From: Candidatus Altimarinota bacterium
Lineage (GTDB): Bacteria; Patescibacteriota; Gracilibacteria; JBDHUY01
Reading direction: 5' to 3'
NCBI GenBank assembly: GCA_039809385.1
Contig: JBDHUY010000010.1
Location: 8,995-72,994 of the forward strand
Length of the DNA stretch: 64,000 nucleotides
Program-made: the position numbers and the translations under genes
Shown: in pieces, positions 47,983 to 57,741 of the stretch
How positions within the stretch are numbered: the first letter of the stretch is position 1
Layout of the letters: every line of letters starts with the position of its first letter
The notes under the pieces: generated by a model
The model's input: only the letters and a program-made list of their open reading frames with translations
Told to the model about the DNA's origin: nothing
Databases searched by the model: none

Positions 47983-48690
47983 ATGTCCTCTGACCAGCCG
48001 ATTATTGACGAACTCCGGCAACTGGCCAACCCTGACAAAGCTCTTGTGTTGCAGCGTTTTTTCAAGACGGGTACGGGCGAGTATGGAGAAGGTGACCGCT
48101 TCCTGGGTATTCCCGTTCCCGCGCAGCGTATCGTAGCCAAGACATACAGGTCTGCCGACTTGTCGGCTATCGAGTCTTTACTGCATAGCCCGATACACGA
48201 ACATCGTCTGACGGCGCTGTTGATTCTAACATATCAATTTCCCAAAGCTTCCCCGGCACAACAGAAAGTTTTGTACGAATTTTATCTCAATAACACCGGC
48301 TCGATCAATAACTGGGATCTGGTCGACAGTTCTGCCGAATATATCGTCGGAGCATACTTAGCAAATAAGGACAAAAAACCTTTGTACCGGCTCGCGCATT
48401 CTCTCTTGCTGTGGGAACGACGTATTGCCATGATCGCTTGTTTTCATTTTATTAAGCATAGATCGTTCGACGATGCGCTTAATATAGCCGAACTACTGTT
48501 GCACGATTCTCACGATCTGATGCATAAAGCGGTTGGGTGGATGCTACGCGAAATCGGGAAGCGCGACATCAATGTTCTGTATGACTTTTTACAACAACAC
48601 TACCGCGTGATGCCTCGAACTATGCTGCGTTATGCGATCGAAAAGCTGTCTCCGCGCGAACGCCAGGCATATCTTCGAGGAACATTTTGA
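47983..48690 (+). CDS. alkD: DNA alkylation repair protein (AlkD family)
   Basis: FFKTGTGEYGEGDRFLG, INNWDLVD, LWERR, HDLMHKAVGWMLRE, MPRTMLRYAIEK. Confidence 0.9.
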   Translation: MSSDQPIIDELRQLANPDKALVLQRFFKTGTGEYGEGDRFLGIPVPAQRIVAKTYRSADLSAIESLLHSPIHEHRLTALLILTYQFPKASPAQQKVLYEFYLNNTGSINNWDLVDSSAEYIVGAYLANKDKKPLYRLAHSLLLWERRIAMIACFHFIKHRSFDDALNIAELLLHDSHDLMHKAVGWMLREIGKRDINVLYDFLQQHYRVMPRTMLRYAIEKLSPRERQAYLRGTF

Positions 48691-48746
48691 CATGGGGCAT
48701 TTTATCTTTATCATGGCGATAACGTCTTGTTTCTTTGTAGTATTGT

Positions 48747-49439
48747 ATGAAAATATTGGCATTCGGAGCCCATCCGGACGATGTGGAGTTTGGCTGCGGC
48801 GGAGTTTTGCTCGAACAAATTGCCTATGGTCATGAAGTGGCGGTCGTTTGCCTGACGTTAGGTGAGGCCGGGAGTTCCGGTACGCCCGTGCAACGTAAAC
48901 AAGAGACCGAACTGGCCGTAAAAATGCTGGGCGCCCGGGTTGATTTTTGGGATATCGGTGGGGATTGCCATATCGAATATACGAACCAGAATCGTCTGCG
49001 GATTGCCCGCAAAATCCGGGAAGAATGCCCCGACATTATCTTAATACCCACACTGGATCAAAATCAGCATCCCGACCACCGGATCGTGGCTGAACTGGTC
49101 CGCGACGCTTCGCGGCTAGCCCGGTATAAAGGTTTGCAAGAATTGCTCGATCTTCCCGCCCATGCCGTGGGATCGATCTGGCATTTTCCGGTACTGGCTT
49201 TTCCGGAGCACCATCCCGACGTTATCGTTGACGTGAGTAACGTTATCGATCAGTGGCGCGAAGCGATGATGTGTCACGAAAGTCAGATGAAGCACAAAAA
49301 TTATCTGGAACTCATCTTGGGGCGTTCGCGTACCTGGGGATTGAGCGCCGGTGTCGAATACGGGATTGCTTTATGGAAAAGCGCACCACTGGTCATGAAT
49401 AATCTTGCGCCCGTGCAAAATACCGCCCGCAGTTTCTAA
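48747..49439 (+). CDS. PIG-L family deacetylase (BshB1-like)
   Basis: GAHPDDVEFGCGG, TLGEAG, HPDH, CHESQ. Confidence 0.9.
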   Translation: MKILAFGAHPDDVEFGCGGVLLEQIAYGHEVAVVCLTLGEAGSSGTPVQRKQETELAVKMLGARVDFWDIGGDCHIEYTNQNRLRIARKIREECPDIILIPTLDQNQHPDHRIVAELVRDASRLARYKGLQELLDLPAHAVGSIWHFPVLAFPEHHPDVIVDVSNVIDQWREAMMCHESQMKHKNYLELILGRSRTWGLSAGVEYGIALWKSAPLVMNNLAPVQNTARSF

Positions 49440-51346
49440 CGTCGGCGTCGAAAGTCGCGTGACTGGTGAGTTGTTGCCGCCTTCTCTTTCGGTTCCGGAT
49501 TGGCAGCTTTTTCTCCTGCAGCCTGATCTTTTTTGTCGATTTCGATGATGATCGGGATGATCAAAGGTTCTCGTCCGATTTTTTTCAGCACGAATTTTCC
49601 CAACCCCCGCCGCACTTCTTCTCGTATATCCCGGTGGGATTTTTGATTCTGTTGAACGGTGTTTCCGGTACTGCCGGTAGTTTGGGTAAAAATTTTACGT
49701 CCTTCTTGCGCAATTGAATCGGTCAGCTTTTCCAGCTCTTCCAGATAAATAAATCCGCGCGAAATGACTTTAGGCTGCCCGATAAGTGCTTGTTGCTGCT
49801 TGGTTACTTTAAATACCAGGATCAGTACTCCGTCCTGTGACATTTTTTTGCGTTCTTCCAGTACCCTGGCACCTTCTTTTTCGGTTCCACCCAGTCCGTC
49901 TATATAGACATTTACCAGATCGAGGCCCTTGGCGTGAATTGCGGGCGGTTTGGGGCTGTGAATATCGATCACGTCCCCGTTCGATGGCAAGTAGATATCC
50001 TGCTCGGCCATGCCGGTTTTTATCGCCAGATCTTTGTGCGCAACCCGCATAAAGTATTCGCCATGTACCGGCATGAAGTATTTCGGCTGGGTGAGTTGCA
50101 GCATAAGCTTGAGGTCTTCTCGATTACCGTGACCGGTCGTGTGCAAATCCAAATCATCGTTTGTAATCACCAGAGCGCCTTTTTTGAGAAACTTGTTAAT
50201 ATTCTTTATAATCGCTCTTTCGTTACCAGTGCCCGGAATCGGATGAGAGGAGAACAGAATCGTGTCGCCTTTTTGAATTTCAACCTGGGCATGCTCGTCG
50301 TTGGCCATACGGGTCAGCGCCGAAAATTCCTCGCCCTGACTTCCGGTACTGAGGATCATGACCTGGTGATCGGGGATGTCGTGAATGGCTTTGCTGATCT
50401 TGGAAATGGCTTTTTCGGGATATTTCACATAGCCGAGACGTTTGGCTATGGCTAGATTCTCGACCATGCTGCGGCCGCTCAAAAATATTTTGCGCTCATA
50501 CCGCACTGCCGAATTGATGATCTGCTGCAACCGGGCCAAGTTGGAAGAAAACGAAGCAATAATAACTCGTCCTTTGGCATCTCTGATAACAGTATCCAGA
50601 TTTTTTCCGACCTCAATCTCGGGCTTGGCATAGCCTTCTTTTGTGGCGTTTGTACTGTCGGACATTAGGAATAACACGCCCTTGTTCCCGGTCTCGATCA
50701 ACTTTTCGAAATCAGGAATGTCGTTGGGCTGAGGGGCGGTGAAGTCGAATTTGAAATCGCCGGTATGGACGATCGTACCAATATTCGTATGCAGGATGAC
50801 TGCGTATGACCCTGGTACGTTATGGGTAATCCGGGCAAATTCGGCGCTAAAGGAGCCAAGCGTCAATTTTTCATTCCATTCTACGCTAGTAAGCCGGGTG
50901 GCATTTGTCAGTCCGACTTCTTCGAGTTGTTTCTGGATCAATCCGATGCTGATACGCGAGCCGAATACCGGTGGAAAGCCGATCTTGGGCAGTACATGCT
51001 TGAGCGCGCCGATATGATCCAGATGGCCGTGGGTAATGATGATGCCGCGGATTTTCTGTTTCTTTTTTTCCAAATAGGAAACATCCGGAATCACATAGTC
51101 TACTCCCAGCATAACGTCGTCGGGAAATTGCAGACCGCAGTCGATAATTACGATATCCTGACGGTTTTCAAAAACCATCATGTTTCGGCCTACCTGATCC
51201 AGTCCGCCCAACGGAATGATACGCAATAAGTTGTCTTTGGTTTGAAAGAACGATTTTTTAGGCATCTCTGCCGGCGGTTGCTGCGAGGAAGGTTTGTTTT
51301 TTTGTGGCAGAATTTTATCTTTCAGCCATTGTTCGAGATTTTTCAT
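49436..51346 (-). CDS. rnj: Ribonuclease J
   Basis: PLGGLDQVGRN, THGHLDHIG, HTGDFKFD, SDSTN, TGSQGE, HTTGH, PVHGE. Confidence 0.96.
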   Translation of the reverse strand: MKNLEQWLKDKILPQKNKPSSQQPPAEMPKKSFFQTKDNLLRIIPLGGLDQVGRNMMVFENRQDIVIIDCGLQFPDDVMLGVDYVIPDVSYLEKKKQKIRGIIITHGHLDHIGALKHVLPKIGFPPVFGSRISIGLIQKQLEEVGLTNATRLTSVEWNEKLTLGSFSAEFARITHNVPGSYAVILHTNIGTIVHTGDFKFDFTAPQPNDIPDFEKLIETGNKGVLFLMSDSTNATKEGYAKPEIEVGKNLDTVIRDAKGRVIIASFSSNLARLQQIINSAVRYERKIFLSGRSMVENLAIAKRLGYVKYPEKAISKISKAIHDIPDHQVMILSTGSQGEEFSALTRMANDEHAQVEIQKGDTILFSSHPIPGTGNERAIIKNINKFLKKGALVITNDDLDLHTTGHGNREDLKLMLQLTQPKYFMPVHGEYFMRVAHKDLAIKTGMAEQDIYLPSNGDVIDIHSPKPPAIHAKGLDLVNVYIDGLGGTEKEGARVLEERKKMSQDGVLILVFKVTKQQQALIGQPKVISRGFIYLEELEKLTDSIAQEGRKIFTQTTGSTGNTVQQNQKSHRDIREEVRRGLGKFVLKKIGREPLIIPIIIEIDKKDQAAGEKAANPEPKEKAATTHQSRDFRRRR

Positions 51347-51400
51347 ATGTTTGTAAAGAATTAGTAAGAGCAGACCCATGTGTCTGCCCGTTAGTGATCA

Positions 51401-51443
51401 GCAAGTGCAAAGTGAAAAGTACAAAATGCAAAGTGCAAAGTTG
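51401..51443. repeat. Degenerate heptamer tract (aaagtgc-like)
   Basis: caagtgc aaagtga aaagtac aaaatgc aaagtgc aaagtt, upstream of rnj. Confidence 0.75.
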
Positions 51444-51590
51444 AAGACAATGAGTTCAGCAGTTTTCGATGGATCGTTACCCTATATCTCCCCGCCAGTT
51501 CTCTCTACATTCTCCCGACTCTGTTCTCCAACTGCTAGCTGTAAGCTCTTGACAGTATATCCCCAGTATACTGCTCCTCTCTCTGGTTGT

Positions 51591-51980
51591 CTAAGCTTTC
51601 CCGCGTAAAAAGAATTCGAGCCGGATGCCGTCGGGATCGTCCAGCCATATCTTTTCTTGGCTGCTGTGTTGATCTATGTGTATGCCGCTATGCTGAATTT
51701 TTTCACGATTGAGGTGTTTTTCGATCTCCTGAAGTTCTTTCAGGGAAGATACGCCGAAAGCGACATGATTGAGGCCTACCCGGTCGGGATCAAAACGATC
51801 CGGTAGGGAAAGAGGGTGATACGCAGCCGAGATGAACAATCTGGTCTCTCCCATCTCGTACATAGAGGATTCCGTATCTTCGAAGTCAGGGGGACCAAAG
51901 ACACGGACGTAAAACTGTTTGCTTCTTTGTACGTCTAGGATGGTGAGTACGATGTGATCTATCGTCGGTCTTTTTCTCAT
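51591..51980 (-). CDS. VOC family protein
   Basis: IDHIVLTI, GLNHVAF, DPDGIRLEF. Confidence 0.9.
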   Translation of the reverse strand: MRKRPTIDHIVLTILDVQRSKQFYVRVFGPPDFEDTESSMYEMGETRLFISAAYHPLSLPDRFDPDRVGLNHVAFGVSSLKELQEIEKHLNREKIQHSGIHIDQHSSQEKIWLDDPDGIRLEFFLRGKA

Positions 51981-51994
51981 ATGAGAAATATTCT

Positions 51995-52585
51995 TTATAC
52001 GAGTGGTTTATCGTTGGTCGTGACCGATGAGGAAAATTGAGAAAACGCTTGTTTTTCACGAAGTGAGGATCGTTTCTCGCTGGCAATCTCGAGAATCCGC
52101 TTACTCATATCGAACGAGCGCGGTACTAAATCCATCATGAATTCGCTTTTTTTGCCAGCGGTTTGTACCGAAACGTCGCCGTAATTGAGAATGGTTGGCA
52201 GAAATCCTTTCTGTTCAGCCGTAGCATCCTGAATATTTTCCAGAGGCGTGTCCGCCACACGACGGTGAAACAAATTTTCCTGGGTAATATCGACCAGCCG
52301 TTGATCGGTCACGACGAACAGATCCAGTTCGTCCAGCAGCAGGGTGATATAGCAATAGAGTATCACGAGCAATTCATACATTAACCCAAAGCATAGTAGT
52401 AATGCCCTGGCAAAATCATTGTCAGTGAAGGCCATGGTTGCCACGAAAAAAATAGCGATACCCGGAATAGCTCCCAAAAATAGAAATAGGGATAAGACTT
52501 TTACAAAACGAATCCAGTGTTTCTCAATCCATAACACGATAGTCTCGTCGGGGCGCTGTTCGGTAAAATGATGATGAAAAGCCAT
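51995..52585 (-). CDS. Bacterial PH-domain membrane protein
   Basis: Two TM helices, then VVTDQRLVDI.Q..LF.R, IQD, LNYGDVSVQTAG. Confidence 0.85.
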   Translation of the reverse strand: MAFHHHFTEQRPDETIVLWIEKHWIRFVKVLSLFLFLGAIPGIAIFFVATMAFTDNDFARALLLCFGLMYELLVILYCYITLLLDELDLFVVTDQRLVDITQENLFHRRVADTPLENIQDATAEQKGFLPTILNYGDVSVQTAGKKSEFMMDLVPRSFDMSKRILEIASEKRSSLREKQAFSQFSSSVTTNDKPLV

Positions 52586-52617
52586 GGGGACAAGTATCTA
52601 GTAGTAAGTATCTGGTA

Positions 52618-54054
52618 TTAGGTATGAGGTAGTTCACCATTGCTCTTCTTTTTCCGAGGAGCTTTGGTTGCTTTTCGGAGGGGGGCGGAGGCTTTTTTGG
52701 AAGGAGATGAGGTGGTTCTTTTTTTAATAGTACTTTTTTGTGGTAGTTTTTCAACTACTTCGCTATTCATGGCCTTTTCCGGCTGGATTGATAATTCCAG
52801 CCCCAAGAGCGCCCATAGGGTTAACGCTACCGCCGATTCTTCCCAGGCATGTAAGACTATTCCCATGATCGATATTCCCAATAGAGCCAGAAATAGACCC
52901 AGCGTGGTATTCGAATGCTGTTTTCTATAGCGAGCCAATAGCTCTTTCAGTGTATATATTAAAATAAACAGAAAGAGCAGAATTCCCGGGATTCCCAACT
53001 CCAGCGATATTTGCAGGTACCAGCTTTCGGGCAGCCAGCCAATGTTGTCGGCATTAAAGCGTGCCGATGCCGGGCCAGCGTTTCCAATCCCGTGTCCGAA
53101 CGGATTTTGCAATGTATACAGAATTCCGTCGGTGCTTCTCTCCAGATGACCCTGATTGGAAGAAGCACGCAAAAATAGCTGTGAAACCGCTTCAAACTTA
53201 ATTGCTGCAATTCCGATTCCGAGCAAGACGATAATTCCCAGGATTCCGGCTATTCGTTTGCGACTGACACGTTTTTGCCGCAAAAAAAATATTCCGCCCA
53301 ATAAGAGCATGAAAGCGGCGGCGGCGTAACTACTTCTCGAATAGGTGAACCAGAGGCAAATAAGACTTGCGGCAAACAGTAAACCCCAGGCAAGTCTCTC
53401 TTTATTCGGTTGTAAAAAGCTATACGCGCCGGTAACCCCGATCAAAATGAGCAAATACGCTGCAAATTGATTGGGGCCCGACAAGGTACTCATGATACGC
53501 GGAATATCGGCGTTTTGATCTACCGCATGATACATCGGCAATGCTTCGCCGGGAACCCAGGAACTGATATTGGGCGAGTAGCCGAACAGGAGCAGGATAT
53601 CTTTGGGAAGGATCAATATCTGCAGCAATGCGAACAGTACTGCTAAAGTACCAGCACCCAGTGCGATCCGTACGAGTCTTTCAACGTCTGTCTTGCCAAA
53701 CAAACGAGCTTGTCTCAAAACGAAAAACAGCCATAAAAATTCCAGATCGTATTTGAACCCGAAGAGACTTCTTCCCAATTCTTTGGTCTGAAAGAAGGCT
53801 GAGATGAGACTTAGAACAAAAAAAGCGATTATTACCAAGTCGAGAGTTTTCACTCGTGGTTTTTTCCGATACAAGAGCATGTCTACGAAACATCCCATCG
53901 TGATAAGTACCACTAATACTTCTTTCCAAGCATTCACGGGCAGATGTATATCCAGTCCAAACTGAATATAGGTTGTCAGGAGGGCGTTAAAAGGGAGCAA
54001 TGCTAGCAGGATGGCGAGCAAAATGAAAGCTATTCTTTTTGTCATTGAGGGCAT
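52618..54054 (-). CDS. O-antigen ligase family membrane protein
   Basis: Multi-TM; RIMSTLSGPNQFAAYL, TYSRSS, PFGHGIG, ESWYLQISLELG. Confidence 0.88.
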   Translation of the reverse strand: MPSMTKRIAFILLAILLALLPFNALLTTYIQFGLDIHLPVNAWKEVLVVLITMGCFVDMLLYRKKPRVKTLDLVIIAFFVLSLISAFFQTKELGRSLFGFKYDLEFLWLFFVLRQARLFGKTDVERLVRIALGAGTLAVLFALLQILILPKDILLLFGYSPNISSWVPGEALPMYHAVDQNADIPRIMSTLSGPNQFAAYLLILIGVTGAYSFLQPNKERLAWGLLFAASLICLWFTYSRSSYAAAAFMLLLGGIFFLRQKRVSRKRIAGILGIIVLLGIGIAAIKFEAVSQLFLRASSNQGHLERSTDGILYTLQNPFGHGIGNAGPASARFNADNIGWLPESWYLQISLELGIPGILLFLFILIYTLKELLARYRKQHSNTTLGLFLALLGISIMGIVLHAWEESAVALTLWALLGLELSIQPEKAMNSEVVEKLPQKSTIKKRTTSSPSKKASAPLRKATKAPRKKKSNGELPHT

Positions 54055-54061
54055 GAAAATA

Positions 54062-55900
54062 TTAATATACTTCTTTACGGTAACAGAATTCGCAAAAAAC
54101 GATTTCGGGACGGTCCGGGGCATAGGTGGTTTGAAAGGTGGCGGGACACTTTGTTGCCACGTTCGGTAGAGACGCAACACGTTGCGTCTCTACCGTGTGA
54201 TGATTATGACTGGTATTGTTACAATCACACTGTCTTTCCCAGAGCCTTCTGGGATTACGTAAAGCCAGACGGTCTTTATGCCTCTGATCGGGGTGTCGTC
54301 GTGGAACGGGAATATTATGTTCACGATAGAACTGTAATTCTTGCTTGATGATGCGGTAGGGTTTTCCGGAGATTTCGCAAGTGAGAGCCCAGTTTACAAT
54401 TTCGTCGGGGATGTCTTTGATGTTGTCGGGTAAACGTGTCATCTGGTCTTTGGTGATAATCTTTTCTACCTGAGGCGGAGGAGATTCGTAATCAGACCAA
54501 TGAAATATTTGACCCTGTTGTAGAGACGTATTGCTATGCGTCTTTACAGAAATATCTTGCAAGACCTGTTCCCGTGTAAGAGGAAAATATTCCTGGGCGA
54601 CGGTTTCGTTGTATCCGAAGGGGGAGAGGGCAGGCGGAAAGAATTCCCCCCATTCGTTGTTTTTTTGCATATGTTCGATGATCTGGGGAACGAGTTTTTC
54701 ATATTCTGCTTTGGTGTACTGTTTGTTCAGAATGCAGTATTCTTTCCCTTGCAGTCCGATACAGCCGAAACAGTTCTTAATACGTAACGAATTATCGCAA
54801 TACAGAACGTTTTGGCAGTTATGCCAAACATCGTTACAGAAAGCCATGCTATAGATAGATCCGCCACAATTTTGGCTCTCATAGACAAGTTCGCACACCC
54901 GTCCCCAGACCGTAAAGTCGTAACAATCTTTGATTGGTCCTTCCTGAGATAAAACGTGGCAATATTTACAATCTTCCAAATACAAACAGTCGTAACATTC
55001 GAACGAATTTTTCGAATAATAGAGATTGTCGCCGGTAGTGTTTTCATTGTGCGCCGTATGCAGAGGCTTCCGTGGAAATTTCAAGACATGTTGTCGCATG
55101 GTAGTAAGAAGCTCTTTTATCTGAGAGAACGATCCCAGATTATATTGCCGCATTTTTTCCAAATATTCTTCTTTCGAATATTGCTTATTAAAGATACAGT
55201 ATTCTTTCTGGGTTAAATTGATGCAACCGAAACAATTTCTACAAGAGATCAATTCAAACGAAAAATAGCAGTCGTTACAATTTTGTAAATTTTGAGAGAA
55301 GAAGCAATGATAGCTGTTGATACAATCTACGCATTCATACATGAGCTCGACTTTTTCGCAGGACGTGCAATCGACCAGGTTTTTGGTGCCGTTAATTCTG
55401 TATCCATATAGACAGTCCTCATTTCCGCCGGCGCCAAAACACAGGTAACAATTTTTATTATAACCGGCCTGGTTGGTATACTGACTGTTAATATCGTCCA
55501 GGTGTGACTGGTTCAAAAGCGTGCGTGCGGGTACCAGTTTCTTCAATTCCCAGAACTGTTCAAAAAACGGTCTGGAAAAATCAAATCCTCGTCCAAATAC
55601 AGTGAAATCGGCATGCTCGCTATACCATTCGCTATTTTCCCAGACCGGAGGATGAAGTTTATCCGGAGAGTAAATCGAGATTATATTTTTTCCGGTTTTG
55701 TCGCATTTCCTTTCATACAAATTTCGTTCGTTACGGAAAGCAAGACGTCGGATCAACCTACACGTCGGACATACTGTTGGTGCGGGTATTTGATACTTTT
55801 TGCTTTGAAATACGGGTGATACTTTCTCGTAAAAAGCTAGATCGGCATCGGTTATCTCAAAACCAGATTGGCATTGACGACAGAGTCTGCTCTCAGACAT
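54062..55900 (-). CDS. Cys-rich hypothetical protein, CPR-type (paralog 2)
   Basis: CxxC N-terminus, CPTCRLIRR..FRNER, beta-helix-like Cys repeats, CFGCIGL, WGEFFP, C-terminal CEFCY; ATG at 55900. Confidence 0.85.
   Translation of the reverse strand: MSESRLCRQCQSGFEITDADLAFYEKVSPVFQSKKYQIPAPTVCPTCRLIRRLAFRNERNLYERKCDKTGKNIISIYSPDKLHPPVWENSEWYSEHADFTVFGRGFDFSRPFFEQFWELKKLVPARTLLNQSHLDDINSQYTNQAGYNKNCYLCFGAGGNEDCLYGYRINGTKNLVDCTSCEKVELMYECVDCINSYHCFFSQNLQNCNDCYFSFELISCRNCFGCINLTQKEYCIFNKQYSKEEYLEKMRQYNLGSFSQIKELLTTMRQHVLKFPRKPLHTAHNENTTGDNLYYSKNSFECYDCLYLEDCKYCHVLSQEGPIKDCYDFTVWGRVCELVYESQNCGGSIYSMAFCNDVWHNCQNVLYCDNSLRIKNCFGCIGLQGKEYCILNKQYTKAEYEKLVPQIIEHMQKNNEWGEFFPPALSPFGYNETVAQEYFPLTREQVLQDISVKTHSNTSLQQGQIFHWSDYESPPPQVEKIITKDQMTRLPDNIKDIPDEIVNWALTCEISGKPYRIIKQELQFYREHNIPVPRRHPDQRHKDRLALRNPRRLWERQCDCNNTSHNHHTVETQRVASLPNVATKCPATFQTTYAPDRPEIVFCEFCYRKEVY
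54166..54193. repeat. GTAG-type palindrome inside CDS
   Basis: gtagagacgcaac-ac-gttgcgtctctac (VETQRVASL). Confidence 0.88.
54520..54547. repeat. Degenerate GTAG-type palindrome inside CDS
   Basis: gtagagacgtattgctatgcgtctttac (VKTHSNTSL); absent at the equivalent site of paralog 1. Confidence 0.8.
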
Positions 55901-55935
55901 AATTTCTGGATAATCGTATAAGTAATTTGCTATGC

Positions 55936-57711
55936 TTAATAAACTTCTTTCAAATAGCATTTCTCGCAAAAAACAATTTCCGGTCTGTCCGGGGCATAGC
56001 TGGTCTGAAAGGTGACGGGACACCTTGTTGCCACGTTCGGTAGAGACGCAACACGTTGCGTCTCTACCGTGTGATGATTATGACTGGTATTGTCACAATC
56101 ACACTGTCTTTCCCAGAGCCTTCTGGGGTTGCGGAGAGCCAGACGGTCTTTGTGTCGTTGATCGGGGTGTCGTCGTGGAACGGGAATATGGTGTTCGCGG
56201 TAGAATTGTAGTTCTTGCTTGATGATGCGGTAAGGTTTTCCGGAGATTTCGCAGGTGAGAGCCCAGTTGACTATTTCGTCGGGGATGTCTTTGATGTTGT
56301 CGGGTAAACGTGCCATCTGGTCTTTGCTGATGATTTTTTCGACTTGAGGCGGAGGAGATTCGTAATCAGACCAATTGAAGCGGTTGTTGGATTTGGTTTG
56401 TTCGCGAGTAAGAGGGAAATATTCCTGGGCTACGGTTCCATTGTAGCCGAAGGGGGAGAGGGAAGACGGGAAGAATTCACCCCATTCGCCGTTTTTTTGC
56501 ATAAGTTCTATTATCCGAGGCACCAGTTTTTCGTATTCTGCTTTGGTGTACTGTTTGTTCAGAATGCAGTATTCGGCGTTTTTCAGGCCGACACACCCAA
56601 AGCAGTTTTTCGAATTGAAGCATGAGTAACAATAATACATATAGCTGGAACTCCAGCACTGAACCGTAAAGGCGTTAGAATATGCCGAAATTGCCGTGTT
56701 GATCGCTTCGTAAATCAATTCCGTGTCGAGACCGATTGTACTTACGTCCATACAGAAACGGGTATTTCTGATAATATGTTCGGCAAATTTACAATGCTGT
56801 GAATCGATAGCGTGGTAAACTTCTTCGCAGTTTTTGCAGTGTAGAATATATTCGCCGCTACAATCTTCCGAATCAACAATATGATTGGCCTTTCTCGGAA
56901 ATTTCAGCGCGTGAGCCTTCATTTTCTCACTGCAACTGGTTACCCACTTTGCGCTCCCGGGCTGTTGCTCTTGCATAAACTTTTCGTATGCCTCTTTCCC
57001 GACGAATGTATTGAAAATGTAATACTCTTTGTGCCGGAGATTTACGCAGCCAAAACAGTTCTTGCAGTTCGTACAGTTCTCGAGAAAATAACTGTCACTA
57101 CAGTTATTACAGTCTTTGGCATATGACAGGTTGTAACAACCATTACAGTTTTCAAGCTCATACCCGTATTGGCACTTGTTACTAAACGAGCAGTCGATAC
57201 ACGCCATACTTTCTTGAAGCCAATAACTGTAATGACTGTTCTCGTTGCTGCTGCTCTCGATCAAAAGATAGGACCCCTTGTTGTACGCCGATAAATTGCA
57301 ATAGGCGCTTTCGGTATTTTCCGCTCCTACCAGATTCATTAGAGGTGCTGCCAAAAATAATTCTCTGAACTGCTCGAAAAAACTTTTTGTAGTACTGTAA
57401 TTTCTGCCCGCCGCTTTCGGATCCGATGTGTCCGCCCACCATTCTTTTGCTTCGAGTACTCGTAACGGTTTATCGGGAGAATAAATGGAGACAATCTCTT
57501 TACCCGAAACAGACGAAGCGCGTGTATACAGCTTTCTTTCATTCCTCCAGCTGAGCCGACGTTGTTGCCGGCACTGCGGACAGAGAGTAGGGGAGGGAAT
57601 GAGGTATTTTTTCCCCTGAAATACGGGTGATACTTTCTCGTAAAAGGCCAGATCGTCGTCGGTGATCTCAAATGGTTTTTCGCACCACCGACACGTTTTT
57701 TTCTGCTCCAT
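55936..57711 (-). CDS. Cys-rich hypothetical protein, CPR-type (paralog 1)
   Basis: Same architecture as 54062..55900; the C-terminal ~145 aa are nearly identical. Confidence 0.85.
   Translation of the reverse strand: MEQKKTCRWCEKPFEITDDDLAFYEKVSPVFQGKKYLIPSPTLCPQCRQQRRLSWRNERKLYTRASSVSGKEIVSIYSPDKPLRVLEAKEWWADTSDPKAAGRNYSTTKSFFEQFRELFLAAPLMNLVGAENTESAYCNLSAYNKGSYLLIESSSNENSHYSYWLQESMACIDCSFSNKCQYGYELENCNGCYNLSYAKDCNNCSDSYFLENCTNCKNCFGCVNLRHKEYYIFNTFVGKEAYEKFMQEQQPGSAKWVTSCSEKMKAHALKFPRKANHIVDSEDCSGEYILHCKNCEEVYHAIDSQHCKFAEHIIRNTRFCMDVSTIGLDTELIYEAINTAISAYSNAFTVQCWSSSYMYYCYSCFNSKNCFGCVGLKNAEYCILNKQYTKAEYEKLVPRIIELMQKNGEWGEFFPSSLSPFGYNGTVAQEYFPLTREQTKSNNRFNWSDYESPPPQVEKIISKDQMARLPDNIKDIPDEIVNWALTCEISGKPYRIIKQELQFYREHHIPVPRRHPDQRHKDRLALRNPRRLWERQCDCDNTSHNHHTVETQRVASLPNVATRCPVTFQTSYAPDRPEIVFCEKCYLKEVY
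56040..56067. repeat. GTAG-type palindrome inside CDS
   Basis: Identical to 54166..54193. Confidence 0.88.
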
Positions 57712-57741
57712 CCCGATAGAAATGTAAAGTGATAAAGCGGT

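Noticed and set aside
48747-49439. Bacillithiol biosynthesis locus
   Set aside because: Only a BshB1-like deacetylase is present, with no bshA or bshC in the window, so the substrate cannot be assigned.
54062-56375. Near-identical 3' regions of the Cys-rich paralogs as a DGR template/variable repeat pair
   Set aside because: Mismatches are mostly synonymous third-position changes, not adenine-specific; both copies are coding; there is no reverse transcriptase in the window.
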